From contig OZ024752.1 in the NCBI GenBank assembly GCA_964016885.1, forward strand, positions 49,166,001-49,230,000: DNA of 64,000 nucleotides, in the 5' to 3' direction. Origin of the DNA: Eledone cirrhosa (lineage: Eukaryota). Positions 13,110 through 26,345 of this stretch are shown here, piece after piece. Both the position numbers and the translations under genes were made by a program. How positions within the stretch are numbered: position 1 is the stretch's first letter; the number at the start of each line of letters is the position of its first letter. The notes under the pieces are model-generated. The model made no database searches and was not told where the DNA came from. It saw nothing but the letters and a program-made list of their open reading frames with translations.

Positions 13110-13237
13110 GCAGAACAGCTCCGAGCTTAGCTGGTCCTGCTTGAGGATCCAGCTTGATCAGTTGGAAATGGTTGCTTCTGACAGGACCCACTGGAATGTG
13201 TGTTACAGGACTCTGCCCCCATGACCCTCTCAGAAAG
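13110..13237 (+). mobile_element. RTE-type LINE 3' end followed by (GAG/GAA)n
   Basis: Encodes LRIQLDQLEMVASDRTHW; same family inverted at 48070-48340. Confidence 0.65.
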
Positions 13238-13321
13238 GAGGAGGAGGAGGAGGAGGAGGAAGAGGAAGAAGAAGAGGAAAAGAGGTAGAGGAAAAGAAGA
13301 AGAGGAGGAGGAGGAGGAGGA
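13237..13321. repeat. (GAG)n/(GAA)n microsatellite
   Basis: Direct inspection. Confidence 0.9.
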
Positions 13322-14809
13322 CTGATGGAAGAAAAGGAGAAAGTTATCTTCAAATTAGAAAATTGGCCTGAATGCTTGCAACCAAGTGAACCCTACTAAA
13401 CGTAGCCCAGGAATAAACTGGGTGACAGATTAAGACTACAACCCAAAACCTCAGAGGACAAAATGCCAGAACAACTTCCACAATGGAACATATCTACTAA
13501 TGTTCCAACAATTCCACTAAACAACTTCCCTGAACTGGTAAAATGGAAGTTTGTTTTATATGGATTGTTTCTTATGCAACTTAAGAATACACATTTCTTT
13601 TTCCTTTACAATTGCTTATATTCAAATTAAATTAAAATAATAAAAAAGCAATTAATAATCCTCATTAGTATAAATCTTTCATACAAGAATGTTATGCCTT
13701 GAAATTCAAAGATTATAGTTTAATGATATAGTATATAATTACAGATCAGAACAGCAAGAGGCTACTATGAATCTGATTTTTGTTTAAATAATTTCTATTC
13801 CCAAAGCCACTGATGACATACGTATAATTAACTTCATATTTTCTAATTACAGATATAGGATACTTTTCAGGGTTTATATTAGGTGTTTTATTATTTTTAT
13901 TTTTCATATTGTATATATTCTTATATCTGATTGGTATAATAGCTGAGCAGAAACATTTATTCCAATATATGAAAGAATATTATTTTAATCAAATAACTTA
14001 TATAGTTGTTCAATATAAGAAAAAGATATAATAATGATAAAATTCTATTTGATAAATTGCATAAATACAAAACTTAAAAAGACATATCTATCTTGCCAAT
14101 ATTTATGTTTAAAATTTTAGCTCAATTCTTATCCTTTCCCTGTTATAATAATGAAATAGTTTCCTGGAGCTATTTCAGTTTTATTACTTATCGGAAATGA
14201 ATATCTTCCAATGCACTATTGTAAGATAAGACATTTACTGACATTACAGACGATTGTTTTAATTTGTCATTATCACACAAAATCTAAAAAAGGAATTATT
14301 TTCAATTATAATAGAATATAAAGTAAAATGAAGTAAAATCAATGTATTAGTTGAAACTAAGCATACTGAGATCAAAAAATAAAATATTTCTATATTTTAT
14401 AGGTGCAAATCTTTAAAGATAGTTTTAATCTTCTTGATCAAAGTTAAATGTTTATTACATTAAATTACTTGAAATAAGATAGTTTTCACAGATAAAGCTG
14501 AATATTTACTATTGAAACTTTATTCTTAAACTGATAAATAATACAAACTTTCTCATTCAAAAAATTACAATTTAAACCATAGTTTAACACAAATAAAAAT
14601 TGGCAGTTGTTTTGAGGGAAATAGGAAATGATATATTTTTTATGAATTATAGCCATTAACATTCAAAACAATTAAAATTATAATCTCAAAATTGCTTTCC
14701 CATCAGTGCAATGTTACATAACACAATATATATATATATATATATATAGAGGGCTCGATAAGGATAATATATATATATATATTATTATTATTACTATATA
14801 TATATATAT

Positions 14810-15068
14810 AGTAATAATAATAAATGTGAAGACTAAAATCCGAAGAGGGTTCGATAAGGATAATATATATATAAATATATATAAAAACCATAGAGCAAAT
14901 ATTTATTAAAATAACAGATTAATGTTTAAGCAAAGAAAAGCTGCTTTCACCCTTAACGGGATCTTCTGAAACTGAATATTCTGTTGTGTGAAATATTCAG
15001 TTTCAGAAGATCCCATTAAGGGTGAAAGCAGCGATTATTTGCTTAAACTTTAATCTGTTATTTTAATA
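14810..15068. mobile_element. Penelope-like element (family H2) with inverted duplication and two hammerhead-like motifs
   Basis: About 77-bp inverted arms 14904-14980/14992-15068; family also at 20215-20370 and 40558-40745. Confidence 0.65.
14999..15049 (+). ncRNA. variant type I hammerhead-like motif (CAGAAGA core)
   Basis: AGTTT-CAGAAGA-T-CCC-ATTAA-GGG-T-GAA-AGCAG-loop-TTGCT-T-AAACT; all three helices can pair. Confidence 0.5.
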
Positions 15069-15230
15069 TATATATGTGTGTGTGTAGCAACAGAGAGACA
15101 CTAGGCAATCAATTTATTGAATTTGTCTGAATCAACATTCAAATTTAAATTTAGAAAATTTTAACAAGCTGGGTATCTTCAGAATAAAAAGAGCCATGGG
15201 GTTCATTCCGTATCTTTCTCTAGAAGAAAA

Positions 15231-15417
15231 TAATTGTTTCTACTTTAGGCACAAGGCCAGCAATTACCCAGTGCATTACTGGTACTTTTATTTTATCGAC
15301 CCCGTAAGGATGAAAGGCAAAGTCAACCTCGGCGGGATTTAAACTCAGATCGTAAAGGGACGTAACTATGCTGGAAAGCATGGCGTCCGACCCTCTACCG
15401 ATACTGCCAATCCACCA
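15231..15417 (-). mobile_element. family B SINE
   Basis: Near full-length match. Confidence 0.9.
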
Positions 15418-15721
15418 AAATAATGTCAAGGAAAAATAAATTCTAAAATGGCTTTTAGAATTATATTGTAAGTGAGACCTGCTGAAAGGTTAAATCATAC
15501 TTTCTAAATAACATACTGCCTTAAAAAATATTCATATTTCATATACTAAAATATCTGGAGTTAACTTAAAACTTTAAAAAAACACCAACAATTTCTAAAT
15601 ATTTCAGAGCAAGTTTAACAATTTTAAGTGAAATTAACAGATTGCAGTTGAAGTAAACTTGTGATTAAAGTACAAAGGCTATTTTCTGATGAGAGACAGG
15701 AGAAAGACAATTTTGGTAGAA

Positions 15722-15949
15722 TTAACCCTTTAGCATTTACATTACTCTATATATACTATTACATTTTCATGGTAAAGGCTTTACCACACATAATTATCTC
15801 AAATAATATCGAATCTATGAGATTTTGAAAGTATTTATTTTGAGAACAATACCTTAACATCAGTTTGAGTGACCAGTTACAGCCAGTTTCAACAGAAAGA
15901 GGTAAAGAATTCTTGCCGGTTTTGGCTGGTTTGAACATTAAAGGGTTAA
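15722..15949 (+). mobile_element. piggyBac-like MITE (family M)
   Basis: TTAA-CCCTTTAGC...AAAGGG-TTAA. Confidence 0.9.
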
Positions 15950-16045
15950 GCAAAGAATATATGAAAGTATCTGAGTTGATAAACAATGCCTCAAATGAGT
16001 AAAATATTGCTAAAGGAACTATAAGCTCTCAAAAGGGATTATAAA

Positions 16046-16233
16046 TAATTGTTTCCCCCTTTGGCACAAGGCCAGAAATTACCCCAGTGCATTACTGGTA
16101 CTTTATTTTATTGACCCTGTAAGGATAAATGCAAAGTTAACCTCGGCAGAATTTGAACTCAGACCGTAAAGGGACGTAACTATGCTGGAAAGCATGGTGT
16201 CTGACCCTCTATTGATACTGCCAATCGACCACC
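16046..16233 (-). mobile_element. family B SINE
   Basis: Near full-length match. Confidence 0.9.
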
Positions 16234-16501
16234 TTAAATAATGGATTGTTATTATATGTAAACAATTTCACACCTCCAAAGTTTGGGGGAAAGACTAAAG
16301 ACTAAAATACTTGTATATATACTTAAAACACCTAAGATTTTATATTTATGTGTAAGAATGGAAAATATATTTATAGATATTTGATAATAGTAAAACAAAA
16401 GAATATCTTTCAATTGGAAGTAAAGATTAATCTAGTAGAGTTAGAATGAAATTTCAAAAGATGTTATTCAATACAAAATGTCTATAGTTTGTAGAATAGA
16501 A

Positions 16502-16692
16502 GGGTGGTGGATTGGCAGTATCGGTAAAGGGTCGGATGCCATGCTTTGCAGCACAAAGTTACATCCCTTTACGGTCTGAGTTCAAATCCCGCCGGGGTTA
16601 ACTTTGCCTTTCATCCTTACGGGGTCGATAAAATAAAGGACCAGTAATGTACTGAGTAATTGCTGGCTTTGTGCCAAAAGTAGAAACAATTA
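16502..16692 (+). mobile_element. family B SINE
   Basis: Full-length; TSD TAGAATAGAG. Confidence 0.9.
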
Positions 16693-18253
16693 TAGAATAG
16701 AGTGTAGAACAATAAAGGTGGAGATGGTAGGGATAGATTAAATGCACGCTGAGATGGTATATAGTGATAAAACAGTTGATAAAAGCATAAATAACTTATA
16801 GAAATATAACCAAACTATCAAGTAGCTTTTGTGAAAAGGAAAAGAGATCATTAGTATCAGAAAGTTGTAGTTACATTTAAGATTTGGGAAATTTAACAAA
16901 AAAATAATAATGGAGCTGCTTTCTTAAATTTAAAAAAGTAATAAACGGCATTACGCAAAACATTATGAAATATTATGGATTATATTTGTTCTCAAGTTGA
17001 CCATTAATGAAAGAACACAAGTCAGTAATTGCATGTGAGAGTTTAGTCCACTACTGTTTTTTTTTATTCTGAGAGTTTCTATATTGCTTCTTGAAGAAGG
17101 CTAATGCAGAAAAAAAAAAAATGAAGAAAAATATTAGATAAAATCAATGAGTATAATTTCTAATTCATAATTTCTATGAATTTATAGCAACTGAATTGGA
17201 GGAAGTATTATATTCAGTCAATCAACTTGAGGGAAATGTTGTGCTTCTGAATAGAATGACTATCTGACTAATTAAGAAAAATGTAATGGTTAGAAAAAAT
17301 AAATTTAAAAATCTGTTAATAATGTCTTAGATTACATTTAAAACTAAAGTGATGTACAAAAAATTTCTGAAACAAAAATGTGTAAACACATTCATTACAT
17401 CTAAAAATATTTTGAAGATTTGTCAATATAGTTTTTAGTTTGAAGGCCTCTTCTAAACAAATAACAAAAAAAAAAATGGAAATTTATAATGGAGAATTTC
17501 GAAAGCTTTATTTGTTTCAGTATAGACTAAGGTAAAATGGACTATAAATGATTCTAAGATTGATTAATCCAGAAATGGAAAGGAATAAATAAAACATATC
17601 ATTGGGAAAATCTCTCTCATTGATAGTATATACAGTATCACATTTATGGGTATTTTATTAAGTTGTAAATTTGCTTTTTATGATTATACATGATTTTTAT
17701 TTGGATTATATGAGTTTCTTGATATTTATTATAGCATTGTAATATAAAGTTTATAAGGCTATATTTGCTATTAGAGTCTCACTATTTTTCAATATTTTAA
17801 ATAACTTATTTTGAAAGCAATGTTATTCATATTGAATTCCTTTAGTTCAAATATAAATCATTTGAAAAAGCCAGTGAAACTTCGATCAATATGGACCTCA
17901 TAGCTATAAGCAATATTTATTATTCTCTATTGAAGAAGAAAGACAAACATGTTTCAATGGAATCCTATGAGATAATGTCACACTTCTAGTATAGCTATGT
18001 AATAAATCTGATTACATTTTAGTTAGAGTTACATCTGTAAGGTATATTAACATTTTCAGCATATAAAAAGGAATATTTAGTTGTTATTACTGTAATATTA
18101 TTTTTATTTGTCAATTATTCTAGAATAAGCTTATGTATAAATGTATTAATAGTGTTTGCTTTCCTGTGTTTTCCTCTGTATTCTATACACTTTTATTACT
18201 AGAAAATTTGAAGTAAAAATCTGCCTATATTCTACTATTACCAAGCAGTATAA

Positions 18254-18468
18254 TAATTGTTTCTACTTTTGACCCAAGGCCAGCAATTTGAAGAGACAGG
18301 GAAAGTCGATTAAATCAACCCCAGTGCATTAATGCTACTTTATTTTATCGACCCCATAAAGAAGTAAGACAAAGCTATCCTCACCGGGATTTAAACTCAG
18401 AGTGTAAAGGGCCATAACTATATGCTGCAAAGCATGTTGTCCGACGCACTACTTATACTGCCAATCCA
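18254..18468 (-). mobile_element. family B SINE, longer-tail variant
   Basis: Extra GGGAAAGTCGATTAAATCAACCCC segment, also seen near 19820, 33303 and 61813. Confidence 0.8.
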
Positions 18469-18591
18469 TTGGCCTGCCCTTAATAATAATGATAATAATA
18501 ATAATTTCTAATATAGGCACAAGGCCAGCAATTTAGGCAGATAACAATAGTTGGTCTTCAAACATTTTGGAAATAGATATATTTAAATATT

Positions 18592-18872
18592 CAGTACTCT
18601 ATATTTACTATCATATTTTCATGGTAAAGTGTTTACCTCACATGATATCGAATCTACAAGATTTTGATGTTATTTATTTTGAGAACAATACCTTAATATA
18701 AGTATGAGCAGTAGTTACAGCTGGTTTAAACAGAAAGAATTGAGAGAATTCTGGCCAGATACAGCCGGTTTAAATGCTAAAGGGTTAATATCAGTATGAG
18801 TGGCCAGTTTGAACAGAAAGAGGTGAGAGAATTCTGGCCGGATACAGGCAGGTTTAAATGCTAAAGGGTTAA
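18592..18872 (+). mobile_element. family M MITE plus extra right half (nested configuration)
   Basis: Two right termini AAATGCTAAAGGGTTAA ending at 18788 and 18872. Confidence 0.8.
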
Positions 18873-19678
18873 TTGAAATACAATGTAGTTTACTGGGAAT
18901 ATGCTCAGAAAATGGTTAAATGTAGTTGAAGTATCAAATGAAGACTTTGTAAAGTTTCTATTTATCATCAGTGAAAAGTGTGGGGTTCAAACTTTAATAA
19001 TAGCTTCTATTAAAAGGAGAACAAGGATTAAACAATTCTTCAGTAAAGGGCACAGTATAATTACAATTAGAAATTATGAAATTTTATTTTCAAATACAAA
19101 GATGTGTATGTATGTACATACATATGTATATGTGTGTGTATATATATATATATATATATCAGACATATATATATATATCATACATATATAAGGGAATTAA
19201 TTCTGATTTATCTCATTGAAAACATAATTCAGTTTAACGAGGAGGAGCAGTTCAAAATTCAAATTAACAACTACTATACTTTTTAATCTGCCATATTTTA
19301 AAATATAGTTATAATGTTCTCAAAAGAATGTTAATTTAATGACAGTCTTGTAAGTCTTGTCAAGCTCAAAAGTGGCTTTTCAAAGTAGAGGCCCGTCTTC
19401 ATTGTTGAATTTTTTTTCTCTTTTTTAATTTAGTATTTTTTTTAAATTCAAGATTACAAATCTAAGTTGTGATTTTCAATTTCTTTCAACCTAGCACTCT
19501 AATTGGCTTACTTTGGAAGATACCCTTATAAATAATTACAGTAGAAAATATATCTTTCCCTAATTTAAATATTGAAAATAAGGAAAATATTATAATGTTT
19601 AGTATGATGAATGAAGCTTACAGCAGTGACCTTCCTTGCGTGATAGAAGATGAAAAACAAGTTTAATAGATTTAATAA

Positions 19679-20030
19679 TAATTGTTTCTACTTTAGGCAC
19701 AAGGCCAGCAATTACCCAGTGCATTACTGGTACTTTATTTTATCGATCCCGTAAGGATGAAAGGCAAAGTCAACCTCGGCGGGATTGATAATAGATTTAA
19801 TAGATTTAATAATAACAATGATTTCTTGTATAGGCACAAGGCCAGTTATTTGGGTGGAGGGAAAACTCGATTAAATCGACACCAGTGCGTGACTGGTACT
19901 TTATTTCATCAACCCCGAAAGGATAAAAGGCAAGGCTCAAAAGAAAAAGCCTCACGTTAATCCCCTGTAATTAATTGTTTCTACTTTAGGCACAAGGCCA
20001 ACAATTACCCAGTGCATTACTGGTACTTTG
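19679..20030 (-). mobile_element. cluster of three truncated family B SINEs
   Basis: Three GGCACAAGGCCA tails starting near 19679, 19820 and 19970. Confidence 0.8.
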
Positions 20031-20214
20031 TAATTAATGAGCTCAAGGAATAAGTACCGAGCTCTTCATAATACAGTATATAGAGAAGAAAACACAAAAA
20101 GAGTAGAGAACCACTAGAGTGAAAAACAAAGTCTACGAAAAGTGTGGAAAATACATAATAATTAAAAAGGTAAATTAAAATGTACAGATCCACCTTTATA
20201 TATGTATATATATA

Positions 20215-20370
20215 TTAATTATTTATTAAAATAATAGATTTAAGTTTAAGCAAAGAATCGCTGCTTTCAGCATGTTATTTTAATAAATATTTGCTTTACG
20301 TGTTTTTATATATATTTATATATATAATCCTTATCGAGACCTCTTTGGATTTTAGTCTTGACAATTAATA
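20215..20370. mobile_element. rearranged family H2 fragment
   Basis: AAGCAAAGAATCGCTGCTTTCA and inverted ATCCTTATCGAGACCTCTTTGGATTTTAGTCTT match 14830-14950. Confidence 0.65.
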
Positions 20371-21556
20371 TTACTATTATTACTATATATATATAGTAAT
20401 AATACTATTATTGCTATATATATATATATATACTAATTTAAATCAATAATCATCTCTAATAAGGTTAACATTTATTCTGGCATAGGTATTCAACTCTTAT
20501 AACCCTTAAAGTTTCAAAATTAACTACAGCACCCTCGCTTCACGCCCTCCACCACCCAAAAAAAAAAAAATGGCAATGTTAACTACTCCAGAATGACATG
20601 ATCTAGAACAGTGTTATCTACAAAGTTTTCATTTACCGTTTTTTTTTTGTTTTTTTGTCTTTTTTTTTTTACATAAAAGATTTTTAGTATTCGTTTGATT
20701 TTTTCTTTGGATTTCATGATATATTTCATTACAATGGCTTGAGTTTTTCTTATTGCGTTAGCAATTCAAACAAAATGTATCATGTACAAGTTTAAAAACT
20801 GTTTAGCCTTAAGCCTCTTTTAATAGAAAGTTCCATTCTGTTCCTTAACAACTCTAATGATATTGCTCTCAGCAACTTTCTTGCTATTTCGTTTGTCTTG
20901 CCGTTGAGCACAATTTCGCCTCCGGCAATTTTGTGTGAAGCTGTAACTCCTTTCTTTTCTTTTTTTTTTAAATAACATACCTTTTTAAAGATTTTTCTGT
21001 TTTCTTTTTTGATCCAATTGAAGTTTGTGTGATGAGAATAGTAACAAAATAGTGCTTCTTAATTCTGAATGATATAGTTTTTAGCACAGTAAAATCTATC
21101 CATATCATGATAAACTGTCCAATTGCATCACTGAACAACAAGTCAAAGATATTTTTTTTATTTAAATCAAGTTATCTTAAATATATTTATCATCAAACAT
21201 GTACAGATGATGAAACCACTACCTTAGATTATCAGTTTAAAATAAAACACTTAAAGTGCATTTTTCACTAAAATAAGGTCGACTAAACTAGAAAACAGAA
21301 ATAACTAAATACCCCCCAAACACACACACCAAAAAAAAGTAAAAAGCAAAAAGAAACCTTCATATAAAAATTTAAATGAGTGGCTGGTTATGGCTGGTTT
21401 GAACAGAAATAGGTGAAAGAATTCTGGCTGGATATGGCTGGTTTAGATGCTAAAGGGTTAAATAGAATTCTTTAAAATGGGTGGTTTTGTTTCAGAGAAC
21501 CAAAGGCAATTTTGAATAGGGTTAAAAAGGGAAAATATTGACTCCATGCTCTAGTA

Positions 21557-22022
21557 CAGCAGTTCCCAACCTGAGGTCCACAAAAGTAGTATTGAGGTCC
21601 CATGTACTAAATTCAAAATTACAATTTGTTTGTTAACCCTTTAGCATTTAAACCGGCCGTATCCGGCCAGAATTCATATGCCTATCTGTTCAAACCGGCC
21701 ATAACTGAACACTTATAGTAATGTTAAGGTATTGTTCACAAAATAAATAATATGAAAATCTCAGAGTCAATATTATGAGATAATTATGTGAAATAAAGTG
21801 TTTACCTTGAAAATATAATAGTAAATATAAGTAATTTAAATGCTAAAGGGTTAAAGGCAAAAACACAGGACTATTGGGTATTTATTCATCTCAAATTATA
21901 AACATTTCACTCTTTTGATTGTTATTCTTACTGTATAACAATTTGGGAGGGGACTAATTATAGTAAGGAGACCATGGGGAAATACAAAGAGATCCTTGGT
22001 AGAGAAAAGCTTAGGGACTACG
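21557..22022. mobile_element. old hAT/Charlie-like MITE remnant interrupted by a family M MITE
   Basis: CAGCAGTTCCCAACCT left end; degenerate AAGCTTAGGGACTACG right end. Confidence 0.35.
21633..21854 (-). mobile_element. piggyBac-like MITE (family M)
   Basis: TTAA-flanked CCCTTTAGCATTTAAA TIRs. Confidence 0.9.
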
Positions 22023-23089
22023 ACTAATATATATATATATATTTAGGTGTACTTAATTTCCTAAACATGAAGAGATGGAAAGCAAAGTGTATTCTAGCAG
22101 AAATTAACTCAAAACTAAGAGAAGTGAAACTGCAGCATATTTAGACTTGCATTCTATGTTTTTTCATATACAAAAATCAACAATGACCGATTTTGAACAT
22201 TCATGTTGAATTTTACAGGTAAACTGCTTTAAGCTCTACATAAATAATTTAGATTAAGTAAGATGCAGGATATCCAAGAAGGGAGTAAGTTAATATAAAT
22301 TGCAGATACTTAAATAGAATCAATCTATTTAGTTTAGTTGAAAATTTTGGATTGGATAGAATTTCAATTCTCCCAAGAATATTTTTTAGAAACAGTATTT
22401 AAGCAAACTCATTTATTTTAAAGTGTTGAAATTAATAATTTATCACATAACTGTTTACGTTCATTTCCAGATTTATAAATTATATTTTTGAAAAGTAAAA
22501 TAAAATAAAATGAAAGACCTAGTATAAAATAACATTTTTAACCTTTATGCTAGAGGAAGGGAAAGTATTTATTTACACTCATTAAAGTTTACTTTGGAAA
22601 AGATGAAAATAAATCTAGTGCACTATGTTCATTAGTTGTAATCAGTTACTCATTATTTCATGTAGTAAAATAATTTTGTACTTCAACGTTCTGTAAGCTT
22701 GAGTTCATGTAATTTTTTGACATACATAACAGGAATGTTTAACCAATACTTTCATTCCCATGTCAAAGAAATATCAATATAAATAATTACTATTTAAAAT
22801 CAGGTTTTATGTCATTGTATACAGAATATATCTCACTTCTTCTCGAAATTTTAATTTGTTTCTCCTTTTACTGAGATAATATTTATTAAACTAGTAAACA
22901 CCAATTCACATTGGGTGAAAAATGTTTTAGAAACACTATAGGGTTCAAAGTTTATAAATATACTGAGATAGAATAATATAAACCTTTCAACCTAAATTTA
23001 ATAATAAGTGAAAAATATAATTTAGAGCCTACAAATGATTTTTTTTAAAAATGCAATAGGAGATTGGAAAGTTCTGATTTTCCCAAAAG

Positions 23090-23236
23090 ACAACTACTGA
23101 TACTTTTTTATCGACCATTAATGGATGAAAGGCAAAGTTGATCTTGGCGGGATTTGAACTCAGAGAGCAGAGAGCCAAAATGAAATACTACAAAGCAGTC
23201 TATCCGACGTTCTAATGACTGCCAAATTTGCTGCTT
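23090..23236 (-). mobile_element. older family B-related SINE
   Basis: GGATGAAAGGCAAAGTTGATCTTGGCGGGATTTGAACTCAGA. Confidence 0.65.
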
Positions 23237-25228
23237 TACTTTATACCTTTTATCTTATGCTCAAGAGGATGCAACGCCAGGCAATATTTCCACATTTCAA
23301 ACAATAAAAATAATAGATAATTTCTTATATAGTTAAAGAACTTGATAGAGGAATGTGAAGTAGTAAGACATCTTAGGAAAACATTTTACTTCAATATCCC
23401 ATATCTAACTTTCTAACTTTAATAGCATCAGGCATCATACACAAGATATATCACTAAGATAGGTCTAGTCAGGAATTAAAACTAACTTTCCAATGCACTT
23501 TACTAGGGAAATAATTTTTAAAAAGTTTTATAAGAAAGTAAACTTAATATGAAGAATTTAATTTTCTTTAAATATTCTTTAGTTTTATAGCCTTATACAA
23601 AATTATACCAACTTTTCAATTTAAATTGAAATAATACATAAAAACTAAGTTATTCCAATATAATTATGTCAACAAAATTGAATGGTTTCTATCTAATTTT
23701 TGTAGAGAGATATAATCTATTATGAAGTAGACCTATTCGTAAAAATGAAGATTATAGGAATAAGACAATAATTGGATCCACAATTTGAAAGTAGCAGAAT
23801 AAGTTTTTAAAAAATTATTTCAGAGTGAATATTGATTTAGAAAATGAGGCCGATGATCTAAGTCGCCATTTTATCTAAATGACACACTATCGTAAATCTA
23901 TGCAGTTTCTAATTGACATTTCATTGTAGTCTATTGTGTGGTTTATTATTTTAAATCAAAACTTTAAATGGATTATAACATTAACTAAAATAACAATGTA
24001 ATGGATTTGAAGAATTAAAATTAAATAGAATCTATTTACCATTAATATTATCAGGTATGTTGGTCAGTCAACATCCAATTAATAAATGGAATGTAAAGTA
24101 TGTGAAAAGAAAAAAGAAAAAAGACTAAAAAAAAATCTTGATATCTAATCATATATTTTCACAAACCATTTTCACACAGAAAAAAAAATGAGTAGAAATA
24201 AACGAAGTGATTTCTTGCATATTTAAATAAATGAATTTCTATTTTTTATTTTATTTTATTTTATTTTATTTTATTTTATTAATTTTGCAATCGATATGTT
24301 TCACCAATTTAATTCAATAGTGCTAAAATTTCATTCACTCCTAAGTGTAACCCTAATCTACCTCCTTTATATCAAATGGTTCTGCATGATAATACACTTT
24401 AAAAACTAAAAAAAAAAAAAATTACTTAACATTTTGACAGGTTCTGAAGCTTAGAATTATTCTTAAGTGTGACTTTGAATAAATAGGTAGGATGATACAA
24501 CTACCACAGTGAAAACAACAAAATTTAAAACAAGTCATTTTTACAAAACAGTACTAAGAGATGTAAGTCACGTCTAAAATGATAATCTTACATTGATTAT
24601 TCTAAAGAAGACCTTTTTTTAAAATGAAAATCCAACTTCTTTTCATAAAATTTATGTTTTCAGAACAGCTTACCAATATATTTACATACTGCTGTCAAAA
24701 CATCTTTTTGTGCAAAAGTAAACCCTATCTTTATGTTCTGTGTGTGAATACATCTCAAGGATTATTCAATGAATTTATACTAATTTGTGAACTTTTATAT
24801 CTATGCTAGAAGAAAGAACATCATAAATATGCATGAGCTTTTTCATATTACAGTATTTTAATCAATAATTTTCCATAGCTAATTTTTCTCAACTTATAAT
24901 TCGTGTTTATACAAACCTCTTTTTAACTTCAATAGACGAGACATTTTGTTTTTCTTTTCATAGTAATAAACTTTGGAGAGACATAGTTGTATTAAATAGA
25001 CAAATAAATAAAATAATAGATTACTGCAGTTTACAGGTTCTTAGGTTCTTTTTTCTTACATCTGTGAGGTAAAGCTTTTAAATGTAATGCTACAGGGGGA
25101 AAACAATTAAACAGAAGTAGTTATCACCATTTATTTCCCTGAGAAATGTTTTATTTTTGTTAGCAACACAATATAAGTTTCTCTGAGTATGATAGAATGG
25201 AAATATTTGAAACACCTTTATAGAAATT

Positions 25229-25467
25229 CAGTCACTGTATATTTTAGAAAATATCATATATTTTCACTAGCTCTGACAGCTGGCAGGTGAACAGTGAACT
25301 GCAGTTCTGTTTACATGCCAACTCATGTGCAAGAATGAGGGGCTCATTCTACTGACATAGCTTTAAAAAAGAGGCTGTTTGCATAATTGCAAACGAATCG
25401 AATATTATTATAAATATTCAAAAAACTCAGATTACATTTATTGTATTCAGTCATGTAGAGCGATAAA
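25229..25467 (+). mobile_element. family H1 paralog lacking the hammerhead core
   Basis: Colinear with 11733-12001 except about 45 bp missing across the core. Confidence 0.75.
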
Positions 25468-26173
25468 TTTTTTAAATTTTTTATTTATATAAATGTATCT
25501 ATAAAATACTTGCTTTCCCACAGAACTACCAAAGTACAACAAAAAAGTTTAGAATGCTAATATTTAATGGTACAGAATCTTATTCCTTCATTTAAAAAAA
25601 AAGAAATTGTTTGTTTGTTTTAATCATTGGGAGTAGTTTGAGGAAGATTTTATTTTAACAAACTATGTAATATCTTGCTTAGCAGACTTCCATGATTCAC
25701 TAGAGAGCTGAAGAAATACTTGAGCCACCAATAATTCTGGCGAGGAACCAACAAACTAAAGTATCATCCACCAGCGTTGATATAACACCAAAGGGACATT
25801 TAATACACAAGTTAAATATACTGCGACACCAATCTAACGTTCTCACCGCACAGAAAAGACGATAAAAATGTCAACACAATAAAAATTTATGTAGAGAAAT
25901 ATATCATATTTTATCACATTTACACATTCAATCTAAAATTAATCTTAAAAAACAAAAACATTCCTCATGAAACTCAGATAACAGGAAAAATCTATTAACT
26001 GCTACAAAGCTTCATAAAAGGTGCTAAACATAATTCTATAACCAAAGAATGAGGACAATGACAATGAGAACACACTTTATGGTATTCTGATAAAAATTCA
26101 AATCATGTAAACAAATAGAGCAATTATATTAAATGCCTAAATATGCTAATGATTCACACACTACTTAAACTAA

Positions 26174-26175
<2 letters not shown>

Positions 26176-26226
<51 letters not shown>

Positions 26227-26345
26227 TATATATACATACACACATATACATATATATATATATATATGTATATAGATATATATATATATTATATATATAT
26301 ATACGTATATATATATGTATTTATATGTATATATATATGTATATT
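26176..26345. repeat. (TA)n/(CA)n compound microsatellite
   Basis: Direct inspection. Confidence 0.95.

Noticed and set aside
18931-18980. Minus-strand CTGATGA-TAAATA-GAAACTTTACAAAGTC hammerhead-like string
   Set aside because: Helix III forms, but helix II is 1 bp and helix I cannot pair; likely chance.
20790-20950. CpG-containing patch with short open minus-strand frames
   Set aside because: No recognisable protein motif and a purine-rich acceptor context.
24087-24103. TGGAATGTAAAG, identical to the 5' 12 nt of miR-1
   Set aside because: Lacks three internal nucleotides of the mature miRNA and has no complementary precursor arm.
25704-25865. Open frame RAEEILEPPIILARNQQTKV... after a TAG acceptor
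   Set aside because: No recognisable homology or linked exons; cannot be supported without expression data.
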